In this document: positions 9,503 through 19,113 of the stretch, piece by piece | How the letters are laid out: every line of letters begins with the position of its first letter | How positions within the stretch are numbered: the stretch's first letter is position 1 | Assembly: GCA_049968255.1 (NCBI GenBank) | Contig: JBMFRB010000004.1 | Span: 96,001 to 160,000 of the forward strand | Direction: 5' to 3' | DNA: 64,000 nt | From: Candidatus Sumerlaeaceae bacterium | GTDB taxonomy: Bacteria; Sumerlaeota; Sumerlaeia; Sumerlaeales; Sumerlaeaceae | Made by a program: the position numbers and the translations under genes | Notes under the pieces: generated by a model | Told to the model about the DNA's origin: nothing | The model's input: only the letters and a program-made list of their open reading frames with translations | Databases searched by the model: none

Positions 9503-10199
9503 GATGTCGACGCTGCGCGAACTCATTCTCAACGCCGAGAACGTGGAGAAGCACTATCGCGACGGCGAGCGGCTCCTCAAAGTCCTGCGAGGGGTATCGC
9601 TCGAAGTGTATACCGGCGAAATTGTCTCAATTGTCGGCGCGAGCGGTTCTGGCAAAAGCACACTCCTGCACTTGCTTGGCGCGCTAGACCGTGCCACTTC
9701 CGGAACAATCTCCTTTCGCGGACGGGATTATTCCGCCATGTCGAATGCCGAACTCGCCGCCCTTCGCAATCGTTCCATCGGCTTCATTTTTCAGTTTCAT
9801 CATCTGCTTTCCGAGTTTTCAGCCCGCGAGAACGTGATCATTCCAGGGCTTATCGCACGACGACCCAAAGAGGAACTCGTGCGCCTTGCCGACCAGCGTC
9901 TCCACGAACTTGGGCTTTCTGACAGGCTTCACCATCGACCCGCGACACTCTCCGGGGGCGAACAGCAGCGCGTAGCCTTAGCGCGTGCTCTTATCAATGA
10001 GCCTGATCTTGTTTTGGCTGACGAGCCTACCGGCAATCTGGATGCTGAATCTGCAGCAGCGGTCATTGAATTGCTATGGAACAACGTGCGCGATAACCAC
10101 CGAGCGCTTGTGATTGTGACGCATGATCCGGAGATTGCGCGCCGAGCTGATCGATGTCTGCGCCTTCGCGAAGGGCGGCTCTACCCAGAAACTCCATAG
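9495..10199 (+). CDS. lolD: Lipoprotein-releasing ABC transporter ATP-binding protein
   Basis: Walker A GASGSGKST, 'GFIFQFHHLL', LSGGEQQR, ADEPTGNLD; overlaps the lolC/E stop. Confidence 0.93.
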   Translation: MNEMSTLRELILNAENVEKHYRDGERLLKVLRGVSLEVYTGEIVSIVGASGSGKSTLLHLLGALDRATSGTISFRGRDYSAMSNAELAALRNRSIGFIFQFHHLLSEFSARENVIIPGLIARRPKEELVRLADQRLHELGLSDRLHHRPATLSGGEQQRVALARALINEPDLVLADEPTGNLDAESAAAVIELLWNNVRDNHRALVIVTHDPEIARRADRCLRLREGRLYPETP

Positions 10200-10328
10200 C
10201 TTGTGAATGCGGTCCGAACGAGATTTTTATTTACACGCTGGGTGCGTAGCCAAATAGCGGTTGATCTATACTTCTCTTGGGATTGCTGAAGATATTCCAA
10301 GGGTGTTTGCTGTCACAAAACACACAGG

Positions 10329-11984
10329 ATGAGTGCGATGCTCCGAAATGCTCTGCTTCTGGCCATCTCACTGATGGCCACGATTCCTGCTCTAGCCGAA
10401 GACTATGAAGTTATTGTCGAGTCTGGTCAGGGAGGACAAAATGTCGAGTGGTTCTCCACCATAGAGGGCAACTGGATGGAGAGTTCCAGCAAGAGCAAGG
10501 CACCTGGGCTCACCGCTTCGAAAGCCATGTTCAAGACAGCCGGACCTGCTGGCGCAGCGCGTTTCACACCGGACATTCCAGTCGAAGGCGAGTACGAAGT
10601 TTTTGCCACCTACCCCGACTCTGGCAATGCAGTTGGCGTGATCTATCACGTGCATTCAGCCAGTGGCGACTCTGAAGTCGTCATCGATCAGCGTGGGCGT
10701 GACCAGCGTGCCAAGCCTCTGGCCAACACTTGGTTTTCCCTTGGAAAGTTTAAATTCGCCAAAGGCAAGGAAGGCTACGTTGAGATCCGAGACCCACAAA
10801 CCGGCAAAGCAGCTAATGAGAAAGAGCCGAATGTTCGGATTTATGCCGACGCGGTGAAGTTTGTCCCTGTTGGATTCGCACTCCCGCCGCAGTTTGCCGC
10901 GCGAAAGGGAAGTGGCGCATTCGCGCAGTCCTCGCTCGCCTATCTTCCAGCCACACCTGTTGCTCAATCCTCTCAGCCAACGCCGTCATCTCCTGCTTCA
11001 GCCACCATGCCACCGTTGGGACAGGGAAGTGTGCCACCCGTTTCCAGTGCTCCCGCGGTTCAATCTCTGCCGTCACTCGCAAGTGCAACGACGAATCAAT
11101 CTGCAGCCGCCAGTCTCCCAGGCCTCGCGAGTGCTGCGCAGCCTGGTTCTTCTAGGTCTACCTCCGCCGGAGCTGGTCAACCGCCCTCACTTCCGGCGCT
11201 CGGCAGTGCGGCGCCATCGGCCACAGCTCCGTCCCTGCCCACCCTTGGCAGCGAACTCACGCCTGCTCCGGGATCGGCCCCTGTACCTCGTCAGCAAGCG
11301 TCTCCCTCCATTGAAACGTTCACAGCCACGTCGAATAGGATGCCTGTACTTCCTGAAATTGGCTCATCTGCTTCGCCCATGCTGGCCCAAGCGGGCTCAG
11401 GCACCCAAGCGCCGAATTTGCCTCAGCTTGGGGCTCTCCCACCAGCAGTGGCATTACCACCATCCCCACCCGAAAATCCTGGCATGCCTCAGCTTCAGCC
11501 GCTTGGGCAGGTAGCGCCAGCCGGTCAACTGTCTGCACCGCTCTCGGCGCTACAGGCATCCCTTCCATCTATGCCGGCAGGGTCGCCAACTCTAGCACCC
11601 GCTGGGGTACAGCAGCCTACCGCCCAAGCTCCACCCGCTTCCGATGGCCTTCCTTGGGTTTACGATGAAGGGACAGCCCATTCCATTGCACGAAGCCAGA
11701 ATAAGAAAGTCCTGGTCTTTTTCGTAGCGGACGGGAACCGTGACGTTGAGAGGTACGAAAAGGAGTACTTCTCGCATCCGGCCGTACGCGAAGAACTGGC
11801 CAAATTTGTTCTGCAGAGGGTGAACTTCCCGCTGAACACGAAGGCTGCCTACAAGGTGAAGGTGTACGGCGCTGGCACCATCGCCGTGACCGACAGCTTT
11901 GGCGAGCGGATCGGCGGAATCTCCAAAATTCCCTCATCACCAGAGGACCTTGCCAAAGAGCTCCGAGAGCTTGCTTCCAAATAA
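10329..11984 (+). CDS. Exported multidomain protein: golvesin/xanthan-lyase-C-terminal-like beta domain, Pro/Ser/Ala linker, thioredoxin-like C-terminal domain
   Basis: Signal peptide; 'ARFTPDIPVEGEYEVFATY...VIDQR...WFSLGKFKF...IYADAVKFV'; C-terminal 'LPWVYD...ARSQNKKVLVFFVAD...FSHPAVREELAKFVLQRVN'. Confidence 0.7.
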   Translation: MSAMLRNALLLAISLMATIPALAEDYEVIVESGQGGQNVEWFSTIEGNWMESSSKSKAPGLTASKAMFKTAGPAGAARFTPDIPVEGEYEVFATYPDSGNAVGVIYHVHSASGDSEVVIDQRGRDQRAKPLANTWFSLGKFKFAKGKEGYVEIRDPQTGKAANEKEPNVRIYADAVKFVPVGFALPPQFAARKGSGAFAQSSLAYLPATPVAQSSQPTPSSPASATMPPLGQGSVPPVSSAPAVQSLPSLASATTNQSAAASLPGLASAAQPGSSRSTSAGAGQPPSLPALGSAAPSATAPSLPTLGSELTPAPGSAPVPRQQASPSIETFTATSNRMPVLPEIGSSASPMLAQAGSGTQAPNLPQLGALPPAVALPPSPPENPGMPQLQPLGQVAPAGQLSAPLSALQASLPSMPAGSPTLAPAGVQQPTAQAPPASDGLPWVYDEGTAHSIARSQNKKVLVFFVADGNRDVERYEKEYFSHPAVREELAKFVLQRVNFPLNTKAAYKVKVYGAGTIAVTDSFGERIGGISKIPSSPEDLAKELRELASK

Positions 11985-12222
11985 GGGGGCGAAGCTCTAA
12001 AGGCTTGTCCGCTCAACAAGCCAGTTAGTGTCCACTTCGGTCGCCAGTGGGCCATTGGCACCGCGACTGAGTTGGCAAATGCCGGTGCAATCGTGTGGTG
12101 GGACTGTCTTCTTCGCCATCTTCAAGTGTGATGGCTGTCGTGATCAATGCAACAGCACAGGGCAAACCTGCCCCGTCACCGTCCCACTGCAGAACACCCA
12201 CGCGCAAAGCTTTCTAACCTAT

Positions 12223-14274
12223 CTAAATCTCGGCAACGATCTCCTGGTCAGGGCCGACAATAATCCGGAATTTGATAGGTTTGTTCTCTGCCACCATGGC
12301 CCACATCATAGCCATTTGCTCGAGCTGCACATCTGGTGGGACGCGCTCGCTTTTCCCCACGAGGATTTCCTGCACCTGAAGCTCGTACGCCACGCGAGCG
12401 ATAGCAAACCAACTATTATTCGAGGGGATGACGAGCGGTTTGACACTTACGCCATATTTCTCTGCCAGCTCCACGACCTTCGTGAACAAGATCTCTTCAT
12501 CGCTCGTGAACACATGCTCGAAACTCTGGTCGCCTTTTTCAACCTTCACAGTAATGACAATAATCTCGCTGTCGCGACTCACTGCTTCGTCCAAGGCCAC
12601 CTTCAAATGCTGAAGGTTGTTGGGATCGCGGGCTGGCACAAGCACTCGTGGCTTGCCCTCCTCCAGCTGGATAATATCCGGGGACAATTCGCTCTTTTTC
12701 TCTAAGGCAAACTTCTCTTTGTGCTCGTGCGCAACGCCTGCCTTCCGACGTCGCCGAGTGGACAAGTGTTCAGAGATTGTGAAAAGCGCAAAAAAGGCCG
12801 CTGTAAACGAGACGCCAGAAATTGTCGCTAACTGTTTCGTCAAGAGATTCGTGAACGCCACGGCTACCAACACAAGCGTGACCGCGCCTAATCCAACTGG
12901 AATTTCCACTCCTCGAAATTTCGGATTAATGGGGACTCGCCAGGAGCGCTCGCCCTTGTACTTGAAACGCAGAATGAGCATGGACATGGCCATGAAGGCA
13001 AAGCTCCAGACCACCCCAAATGCATAGGCTTCCCCCAGAAGCGTCACATTGCCACGGCTCGCCACAATGATCGCTAACTGTAATCCTACAATGAGATTCA
13101 AAATACGGTACGTTGTTCCGAATCGTCTATGCGGATAACGAAACCAATCATCTAAAATGCCGTCCTCCGCCACGCGGTTGAGGACACCATTTGAGCCTAT
13201 CAGTGAGGTATTCACCGCTCCCGATAGGATCAAGGCACCCACACCTACTACAAAAGCTGTCATCAGAAGTTTGAGCGGCACGGGACCTGCCAAATGCTTC
13301 ACGAGTTCGTTCAAGAGGTTGTCGCCAGCAGCTTTGCGAACTTCGTCTGGGACCAACATGACTGCCGCAAAGGCCGTGAAACCCGTGAAAAGCACGGAGA
13401 ATACAAAAATAACCATGGCTGCGCGAACGAGGTTTTTGTGCTTCGGCGCCTCAATTTCGCGGTAAACTTGTGCCAGCGTCTCCTCGCCGCTCATCGCCAG
13501 TAGGCTGTGTCCGAAGGCGACGAGAAATACGGCAAGCCCCATCGTCTTTACCCACGGGATATCCTTGAGCCAGCCAAGCGCGTGGTCTTCAAGAACTGGA
13601 CGCAACGGTGGAAGCTGCACAGGGCGCAGAGCCATCGTGATGAGCGACCACACGATCAGGATTGCAACCATCACAGCCGTTACAATCATGATCTTCAGGG
13701 ACTTGTCGCTGCTCTCCTCAATGCCCTTGATGTTGAGCCACCAAAAATAGAGCGTTGCCGCGACAGCAAAGCCGCAGGCGAAAAGGTTTGGCGAAATCGC
13801 AAGCGAAAGCCCCAATTGTTGACCTGCAAACTCAACCAGCCCACGCAGATAGTGACCGGCCGAAACCGCAGAAATCGGCCCCGTGAGAACATAATCAAAA
13901 ATAAGGGCCGACACCGCAACCTTGCCCATAAAATGACCCATCGCCTCGCGGACGATTCTGTAAACACCGCCGCGTACAAAAATCGAGCAGCTCTCCACGT
14001 AAACCGCACGCACACAACCCGAGAAAAGCATCACCAACAGGATGAACCATGGCGCTGCTTTGCCGATCGCGTGCTCGGCAATGCCCCCAATGTAATAGGC
14101 AGTACTTGCAAGGTCGCTGAGCACCACAGCCGCTGCATGCCAGAACGAGATGAAGGTTAACATCGCCGTCGTCAAAACGACGACCCGGGTTCCCTTTCTC
14201 GACGACGAAGGCGAGAACGCAGACGTGCTGACGTTAGAACTCTGGCTTTCTGTCATTGGGAAATGGCCCACCAA
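12223..14274 (-). CDS. APC-superfamily permease with C-terminal USP-like domain, KimA(YdaO)-like K+ transporter (start may be 14256)
   Basis: About 12 TM segments; 'SDLASTAYY', 'DYVLT' and 'SGEETL' resemble KimA 'SDALSSVAY', 'DYILT' and 'TGVEAI'; soluble C-terminal domain; sits downstream of a c-di-AMP riboswitch. Confidence 0.8.
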   Translation of the reverse strand: MVGHFPMTESQSSNVSTSAFSPSSSRKGTRVVVLTTAMLTFISFWHAAAVVLSDLASTAYYIGGIAEHAIGKAAPWFILLVMLFSGCVRAVYVESCSIFVRGGVYRIVREAMGHFMGKVAVSALIFDYVLTGPISAVSAGHYLRGLVEFAGQQLGLSLAISPNLFACGFAVAATLYFWWLNIKGIEESSDKSLKIMIVTAVMVAILIVWSLITMALRPVQLPPLRPVLEDHALGWLKDIPWVKTMGLAVFLVAFGHSLLAMSGEETLAQVYREIEAPKHKNLVRAAMVIFVFSVLFTGFTAFAAVMLVPDEVRKAAGDNLLNELVKHLAGPVPLKLLMTAFVVGVGALILSGAVNTSLIGSNGVLNRVAEDGILDDWFRYPHRRFGTTYRILNLIVGLQLAIIVASRGNVTLLGEAYAFGVVWSFAFMAMSMLILRFKYKGERSWRVPINPKFRGVEIPVGLGAVTLVLVAVAFTNLLTKQLATISGVSFTAAFFALFTISEHLSTRRRRKAGVAHEHKEKFALEKKSELSPDIIQLEEGKPRVLVPARDPNNLQHLKVALDEAVSRDSEIIVITVKVEKGDQSFEHVFTSDEEILFTKVVELAEKYGVSVKPLVIPSNNSWFAIARVAYELQVQEILVGKSERVPPDVQLEQMAMMWAMVAENKPIKFRIIVGPDQEIVAEI

Positions 14275-14499
14275 CCTTCCTTAGGGAATCCGCTCACATG
14301 GAATGCTAAATGGAATTGTTGCCAGGACCGAACTGCGGCAACGTGCGATAAGTTGATGCCTGCCCACGCTGAAAGGAGATGATTCGACCGACGCAGAGGC
14401 ACCACTCTGCTACATCGCGGACCAGGATGAGGCTTCATGAGTTTATTCTGGTATCTTCTCCAAAGATTCGGTCAACCCTTAGGAGAAGCCGTAAAAAGC

Positions 14500-14623
14500 G
14501 CTTCTCGATGCCTACGAGGTTAGCTGACGGGCTCGGTGAGAGAAGCCTTGCCTATGCGCGGTATCGCCGCACAATTCGCCCCAGAGTTGGGTCCCCCGCT
14601 CAGCACATGGCTGATTCGGCATT
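14500..14623 (-). ncRNA. Cyclic di-AMP (ydaO/yuaA) riboswitch
   Basis: Minus strand reads GCCGAATC...GGGGGACCCAACTCTGGGGCGAAT...TAGG...CCGAGCCCGTCAGCTAACCTCGTAGGC, matching the conserved ydaO aptamer blocks; pseudoknot-like pair GCTTCTC/GAGAAGC present. Confidence 0.93.
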
Positions 14624-14693
14624 TTTTCTTGGTCTGCCATACAAGTAGGCCCCAACTGCTATTCAGCGTTTCCGCTCCCGTCGTGATGTGCCT

Positions 14694-14972
14694 CTATGTC
14701 CCTCTCGCCTGAGCGTCGACTAGCTGATCCGCTAGGACAGTCAGCACGTTGTCCGAAACGTGCGCAAAGCCTCCCTCGATCATGAACTCGCTCACTTCGT
14801 CGTTTGCACAGCGAATTGTGAGTTTGCCCCGTCCGAGCGACGCAACAAGAGGAGCATGGTGTGCCAACACCCCAAAATAGCCTTGCCCCCCCGGCAACGT
14901 CACACTGACCACGTCGCGGTTCAGAACCTCCGCTTCTTGCGTAAAAATTTGCAAACGGAAACGCTGCGCCAT
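14694..14972 (-). CDS. atpC: F1Fo ATP synthase epsilon subunit, short form (N-terminal beta-sandwich only)
   Basis: 'VVSVTLPGGQGYFGVLAHHAPLVASLGRGKLTI...IEGGFAHVSDNVLTVLAD'; 92 aa from ATG 14972; C-terminal helical hairpin absent. Confidence 0.9.
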   Translation of the reverse strand: MAQRFRLQIFTQEAEVLNRDVVSVTLPGGQGYFGVLAHHAPLVASLGRGKLTIRCANDEVSEFMIEGGFAHVSDNVLTVLADQLVDAQARGT

Positions 14973-15389
14973 AACCTTCACTTCCTACTTACGATTTTGC
15001 ACCTTGCTCGGTTCTCCCGCCTCGGAAAATACCGTACCAACGAAATCCTATTGTTGAGCACAGCCGTCTCTTGTGCAATAAAACTTCGCGCGTTGTGCGC
15101 AAGGTGGGAGACAGTTGCAGAATCCACGGGGTCGTTAAGCCCAAACCAGTGCAAGCGAAATCGCCCCAGGCCGCAAAGAATTCTTTCTCCTGTTCATAAT
15201 GCGAACACTAAACCATAAAACGGGGTAATACCGACACACGTCATTCTGCCAGCTTTTGCTCCAGAATTACTGCTAACCTTTCATTTTTTAGCGTTTACAT
15301 AACTAGCTCTTTTGGGTGCCCAGGCGGCCCGTATTCTGCTCCTTCCCGACAGCGAGACTTAGACGCCACAATCTGGGAGTGAGACGATC

Positions 15390-15707
15390 ATGCTGAAACG
15401 ATTCTTTGCTCTGCTAGCCACCACAACGCTTCTGAGCGGCTGCGCGAGCATGTCGCCGGTTCAGCGCGGCGCAAGCGCTGGGGCACTCGCGGGAGGCCTT
15501 GTTGGCGGAGTATGGGGTCACGCAGCCCATGGGATCACTGCCGCCCAGGGTGCCGGCCTTGGCGCGCTCACCGGTGGACTCGTCGGAGCCCTGGCGGCCG
15601 ATTCCCTTACCAACGAGCCCGATTACGGCAAGCGCGAGCAAGCTCCCGTCGTGGCACCGCCGCCCGCTCCTGCACCGCCCAAGCGCTACCAGACTGTGGA
15701 GAAATAA
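15390..15707 (+). CDS. Glycine-zipper lipoprotein
   Basis: Lipobox LLSGC; GAxAGxLxGG repeats; Pro-rich tail. Confidence 0.82.
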   Translation: MLKRFFALLATTTLLSGCASMSPVQRGASAGALAGGLVGGVWGHAAHGITAAQGAGLGALTGGLVGALAADSLTNEPDYGKREQAPVVAPPPAPAPPKRYQTVEK

Positions 15708-15906
15708 AGGTAGGCGAGTGCGCAGCCACGATCGATCTTGCATCCGAAGCCGTGGCCACGGGGAAGTGGCGCTGCCAGCTCACTCATGCCGCCGCGCCTA
15801 ATATGCGCGCCGACGGGCGACAGGTTGTTCCAAAAAACACGAGCGGGTTGTATCAACTTTTTTGCGCGCTTGACGCAGCTTGCATGCCACGGGTTTGCTT
15901 CTTTTC

Positions 15907-17514
15907 ATGAGCACGAGAAAATTTTACATAACGACGGCGATTCCTTACGCAAACGCAGAGCCCCATGTCGGCCACGTTCTTGAACTGATCGGAGCCGACA
16001 CAATTGCCCGTGCTAAGCGGCTGCTTGGCTATGAGGTGTACTTCCAAACCGGAACCGACGAACATGGCCAGAAAATGCTCGAAGCAGCCAGCAAAGCTGG
16101 CCTCTCCGCTCAGGAATACGCCGACAAAATCGCGCCACGCTTCCGCAACCTCTGGCGCGATCTCGACGTTGCTTATGATGGATTTGTGCGAACAACCGAC
16201 CCCGCCCATCGTGCCGGCGTTGTTCAGTTTTGGAAAAAGGTCCGCGACAACGGCGACATTTACCTTGGCAAATACGAGGGATGGTACTGCGTGCCTGACG
16301 AAAGTTTCGTGCTCGAATCACAGGTCCAGCTCGGATCGAATGGTGAGAAACTCTGCCCCCAGTGTGGCCGCCAGCTAACGTGGCACAGCGAAGAAAACTA
16401 TGTCTTCCGCTGGTCAAAATATCAACAGGCACTCGAGCAGTGGATCGCTGAACACCCTGATTTTATCGCTCCAGCGTTCCGCGCGAACGAAATGATCAAT
16501 TCCTTCCTACGGCCAGGCCTCCAGGACATTTCTATCTCCCGCACCACCATTGCGTGGGGAATTCCCGTCCCAGATGATCCAGCCCACGTCATTTATGTCT
16601 GGTTCGACGCCCTGCTCAACTACATTACGGGGATTGGCTACGGCACCGACGAGGAGCGTTTTCGCCACTGGTGGCCATGCGACCTCCACGTCGTTGGCAA
16701 AGACATACTCAAGTTTCACACGCTGCTCTGGCCGGCAATGCTCATGGCGGCTGGCGTCGAACCTCCGCGCCGCGTCTTCGGCCACGGCTTTGTCGTTCTG
16801 CGTGGCGCTGAAAAAATGTCGAAATCCAAAGGCAATGTTGTTGATCCCCGGGAACTTCTTGAGCTTTTCCATGGCAACCCGGACCCTCTGCGTTACTACC
16901 TCCTGAGTGAAAACGATTTTGGCCACGATGCCGTATTCAGTCTCGACGGGCTCATTGGGAAATATCACGCCGATCTTGCCGACAAGCTTGGCAACCTGTT
17001 GGCGCGAACCCTTTCCATGGTGACCAAATATCGCGACGGGCGGGTCGTGCGTCCTGCAACATTCGAGGCGGCTGACCTAGCCATTCGCGCCAAAGTCTTG
17101 GCCTTGTGGCAGCCGGCCCACGATCAGAGCAGCCGTCTCCTTTACGAGCAGCTTGTGGACGAAGGGCTTTTTGCCCAGCTACTTCAGCGATGCTTTGCGG
17201 CCATCTCCGAGATGAATGCCTACGTCACGGAACAGAGACCGTGGGCGCTTGCAAAAGACCCTGCGCAAGCCCAACGGCTCGACCAAGTGCTTTATGTTCT
17301 CGTTGAAGGTTTGCGCCTTGTCGCGGCTCAGCTCTTCCCGATCATCCCGCGTTCTGCAGCAGCCATTTGGCGACAGCTAGGCCTTGCTCAACCGCCCGAT
17401 AAAACCTCCTTTACCGAGTTGTCAACTTGGGGCGCACTGTCGGAAACCACAATCAAACCCGAAGGCATCCTGTTCCCCAAATTGGAATCGCCCCCACAGC
17501 CACCAAACTCCTAA
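15907..17514 (+). CDS. metG: Methionine--tRNA ligase (short form, no C-terminal tRNA-binding domain)
   Basis: 'FYITTAIPYANAEPHVGH', 'GTDEHGQK', 'YVWFDAL', 'GKDILKFH', KMSKS. Confidence 0.96.
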   Translation: MSTRKFYITTAIPYANAEPHVGHVLELIGADTIARAKRLLGYEVYFQTGTDEHGQKMLEAASKAGLSAQEYADKIAPRFRNLWRDLDVAYDGFVRTTDPAHRAGVVQFWKKVRDNGDIYLGKYEGWYCVPDESFVLESQVQLGSNGEKLCPQCGRQLTWHSEENYVFRWSKYQQALEQWIAEHPDFIAPAFRANEMINSFLRPGLQDISISRTTIAWGIPVPDDPAHVIYVWFDALLNYITGIGYGTDEERFRHWWPCDLHVVGKDILKFHTLLWPAMLMAAGVEPPRRVFGHGFVVLRGAEKMSKSKGNVVDPRELLELFHGNPDPLRYYLLSENDFGHDAVFSLDGLIGKYHADLADKLGNLLARTLSMVTKYRDGRVVRPATFEAADLAIRAKVLALWQPAHDQSSRLLYEQLVDEGLFAQLLQRCFAAISEMNAYVTEQRPWALAKDPAQAQRLDQVLYVLVEGLRLVAAQLFPIIPRSAAAIWRQLGLAQPPDKTSFTELSTWGALSETTIKPEGILFPKLESPPQPPNS

Positions 17515-17677
17515 AGCAAGACCTACAGCGAGATATGCTCCATCGCGCTGAGGCGCGTTCATGCAGCACGAAAATGTGAAAGCTGGCGATTGTCGAAAGT
17601 CACTGCGTCGCCTTGATGCGTTGTTGGCACCCAGCCACTCGGGCCTCTCGTTTCGCCAGGCGCTGGCGTGCTAGGCT

Positions 17678-18718
17678 TCAGCCGGACGCTTTGCGTGCAC
17701 CGCAGCTCTCGCGAATTACGAGCTCAAGCTCCACTTCCTCGTAAACTTCTGTACGTTTATGTTCAAGAAGCTCAAACAGGCGCTCGCACGCAATTTGGCC
17801 GATGAGGTACATATTCTGCCGGATTGTCGAGAGTTTGGGGCTGACATATTGCGCCAGCACGATGTCGTCGCCGCCAAAAAGCGCGATATCATCCGGAATG
17901 CACAGCCCAGCCTCACGAATGGCCTCCATTGCCCCAATGGCCATCATGTCGTTCACGCTATAAATGGCCGTCGGTCGCCGAGCACGCGACAAAAGCCACT
18001 TCGTTGCCATGTATCCGCTCTCGCGGTCGAAGTAGCCCTGGGCCAGGAGATCGTCTGATTGCTCCAGACCCAACTCCCGCACCGCAGCCATGTAGCCCTC
18101 TGTGCGATGAATAGCGGTAGTCACAAATTCACTTCCGCGGATGTGACCGATCCGTTGGTGGCCCAGCTTGGCTAAATGCTCAACTGCCTTGTAAGCCCCC
18201 TGACGATTGGCTCCGATCACCGCCGGGAGCTGTCCCAGCATGCTGTTGACCAAAACAACCGGACACCCCGCATCAGCCAGTTCAAGAAGATAAGTATCTG
18301 TTGTCAGATTTCCCACACACAGCACCCCGTCCATCACACGCTGCCGAAAGAGCGCCAGCGCTTTCTTGTCCGTTTTGAATTCTGGCGTTGCCATTTCTAC
18401 CACAAGATGATAACCGTGGGCTGTGACGACATCGAGGATTCCGCTTAGGCTCTCAGAGAAATAGAAATCCGACACAACGTGCCCAATTTGCGGGAGCACC
18501 ACACAAATCACGCCAGCCTTCTGCCGCACAAGACTGCGGGCAATGGCGCTCGGGCGATAACCTACGCGCTCGACAATCTCTAGCACTCTCGCTTTCGTCT
18601 TCTCGTTAATTTTGTCCGAGTCGTTCAATGCTAGCGAGACCGTCGAGCGACTGACCCCCGCCATTTCGGCGATGTCGCGAATCGTGTAACGTTTCTTTTC
18701 TTCCTTCGGATTAGACAT
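17678..18718 (-). CDS. LacI family transcriptional regulator
   Basis: HTH 'TIRDIAEMAGVSRSTVSLALN', hinge 'GYRPSAIARSL', periplasmic-binding-protein-like core, C-terminal 'LVIRESC'. Confidence 0.96.
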   Translation of the reverse strand: MSNPKEEKKRYTIRDIAEMAGVSRSTVSLALNDSDKINEKTKARVLEIVERVGYRPSAIARSLVRQKAGVICVVLPQIGHVVSDFYFSESLSGILDVVTAHGYHLVVEMATPEFKTDKKALALFRQRVMDGVLCVGNLTTDTYLLELADAGCPVVLVNSMLGQLPAVIGANRQGAYKAVEHLAKLGHQRIGHIRGSEFVTTAIHRTEGYMAAVRELGLEQSDDLLAQGYFDRESGYMATKWLLSRARRPTAIYSVNDMMAIGAMEAIREAGLCIPDDIALFGGDDIVLAQYVSPKLSTIRQNMYLIGQIACERLFELLEHKRTEVYEEVELELVIRESCGARKASG

Positions 18719-19024
18719 CGAAGTCGTCGCTCCACAATCACTGTCGTCAGCACGTCTGCACCCTCTTCGTTCGCCAACAAAGATGAGCGCACCGACGAGG
18801 CCACCTCTTTGACAGGCACCACGTGCTGTTTACTTTCAGCTAGGGTGTCGACCCAGAAATGCAAGGAGAATCATAAGTAAGGCTACCTTTCGCACAAAGA
18901 ACGCCGAACGCCAGGTTTAGCGGTGAGAAAATATTATCGATCTGTGGGCGCAAGACCACAAGTTGGGCGCCGTCGAGAAGAAAATGAAAAAGTCAAGAGG
19001 TTTCCGTGTCAGCATTTGTCTTAC

Positions 19025-19066
19025 AATAAACCGATTCAATTTTTTCTTGAAACCGAGCGGATTTCA
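19025..19066. promoter_or_regulatory. Candidate LacI-family operator sites
   Basis: TAAACCGATTCA (19027-19038, TnAAnCGnTTnA-like) and imperfect palindrome TGAAACCGAGCGGATTTCA (19048-19066) in the AT-rich region between the divergent LacI gene and the operon. Confidence 0.45.
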
Positions 19067-19113
19067 CCCGATTTTCATTATCACGAATTTCAATAAATAA
19101 GGAGGAAATTGTC

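Noticed and set aside
14253-14438. 61-aa ORF between the riboswitch and the permease as a possible KdpF-like or leader peptide
   Set aside because: No hydrophobic TM stretch or biased codon run; better explained as riboswitch leader sequence.
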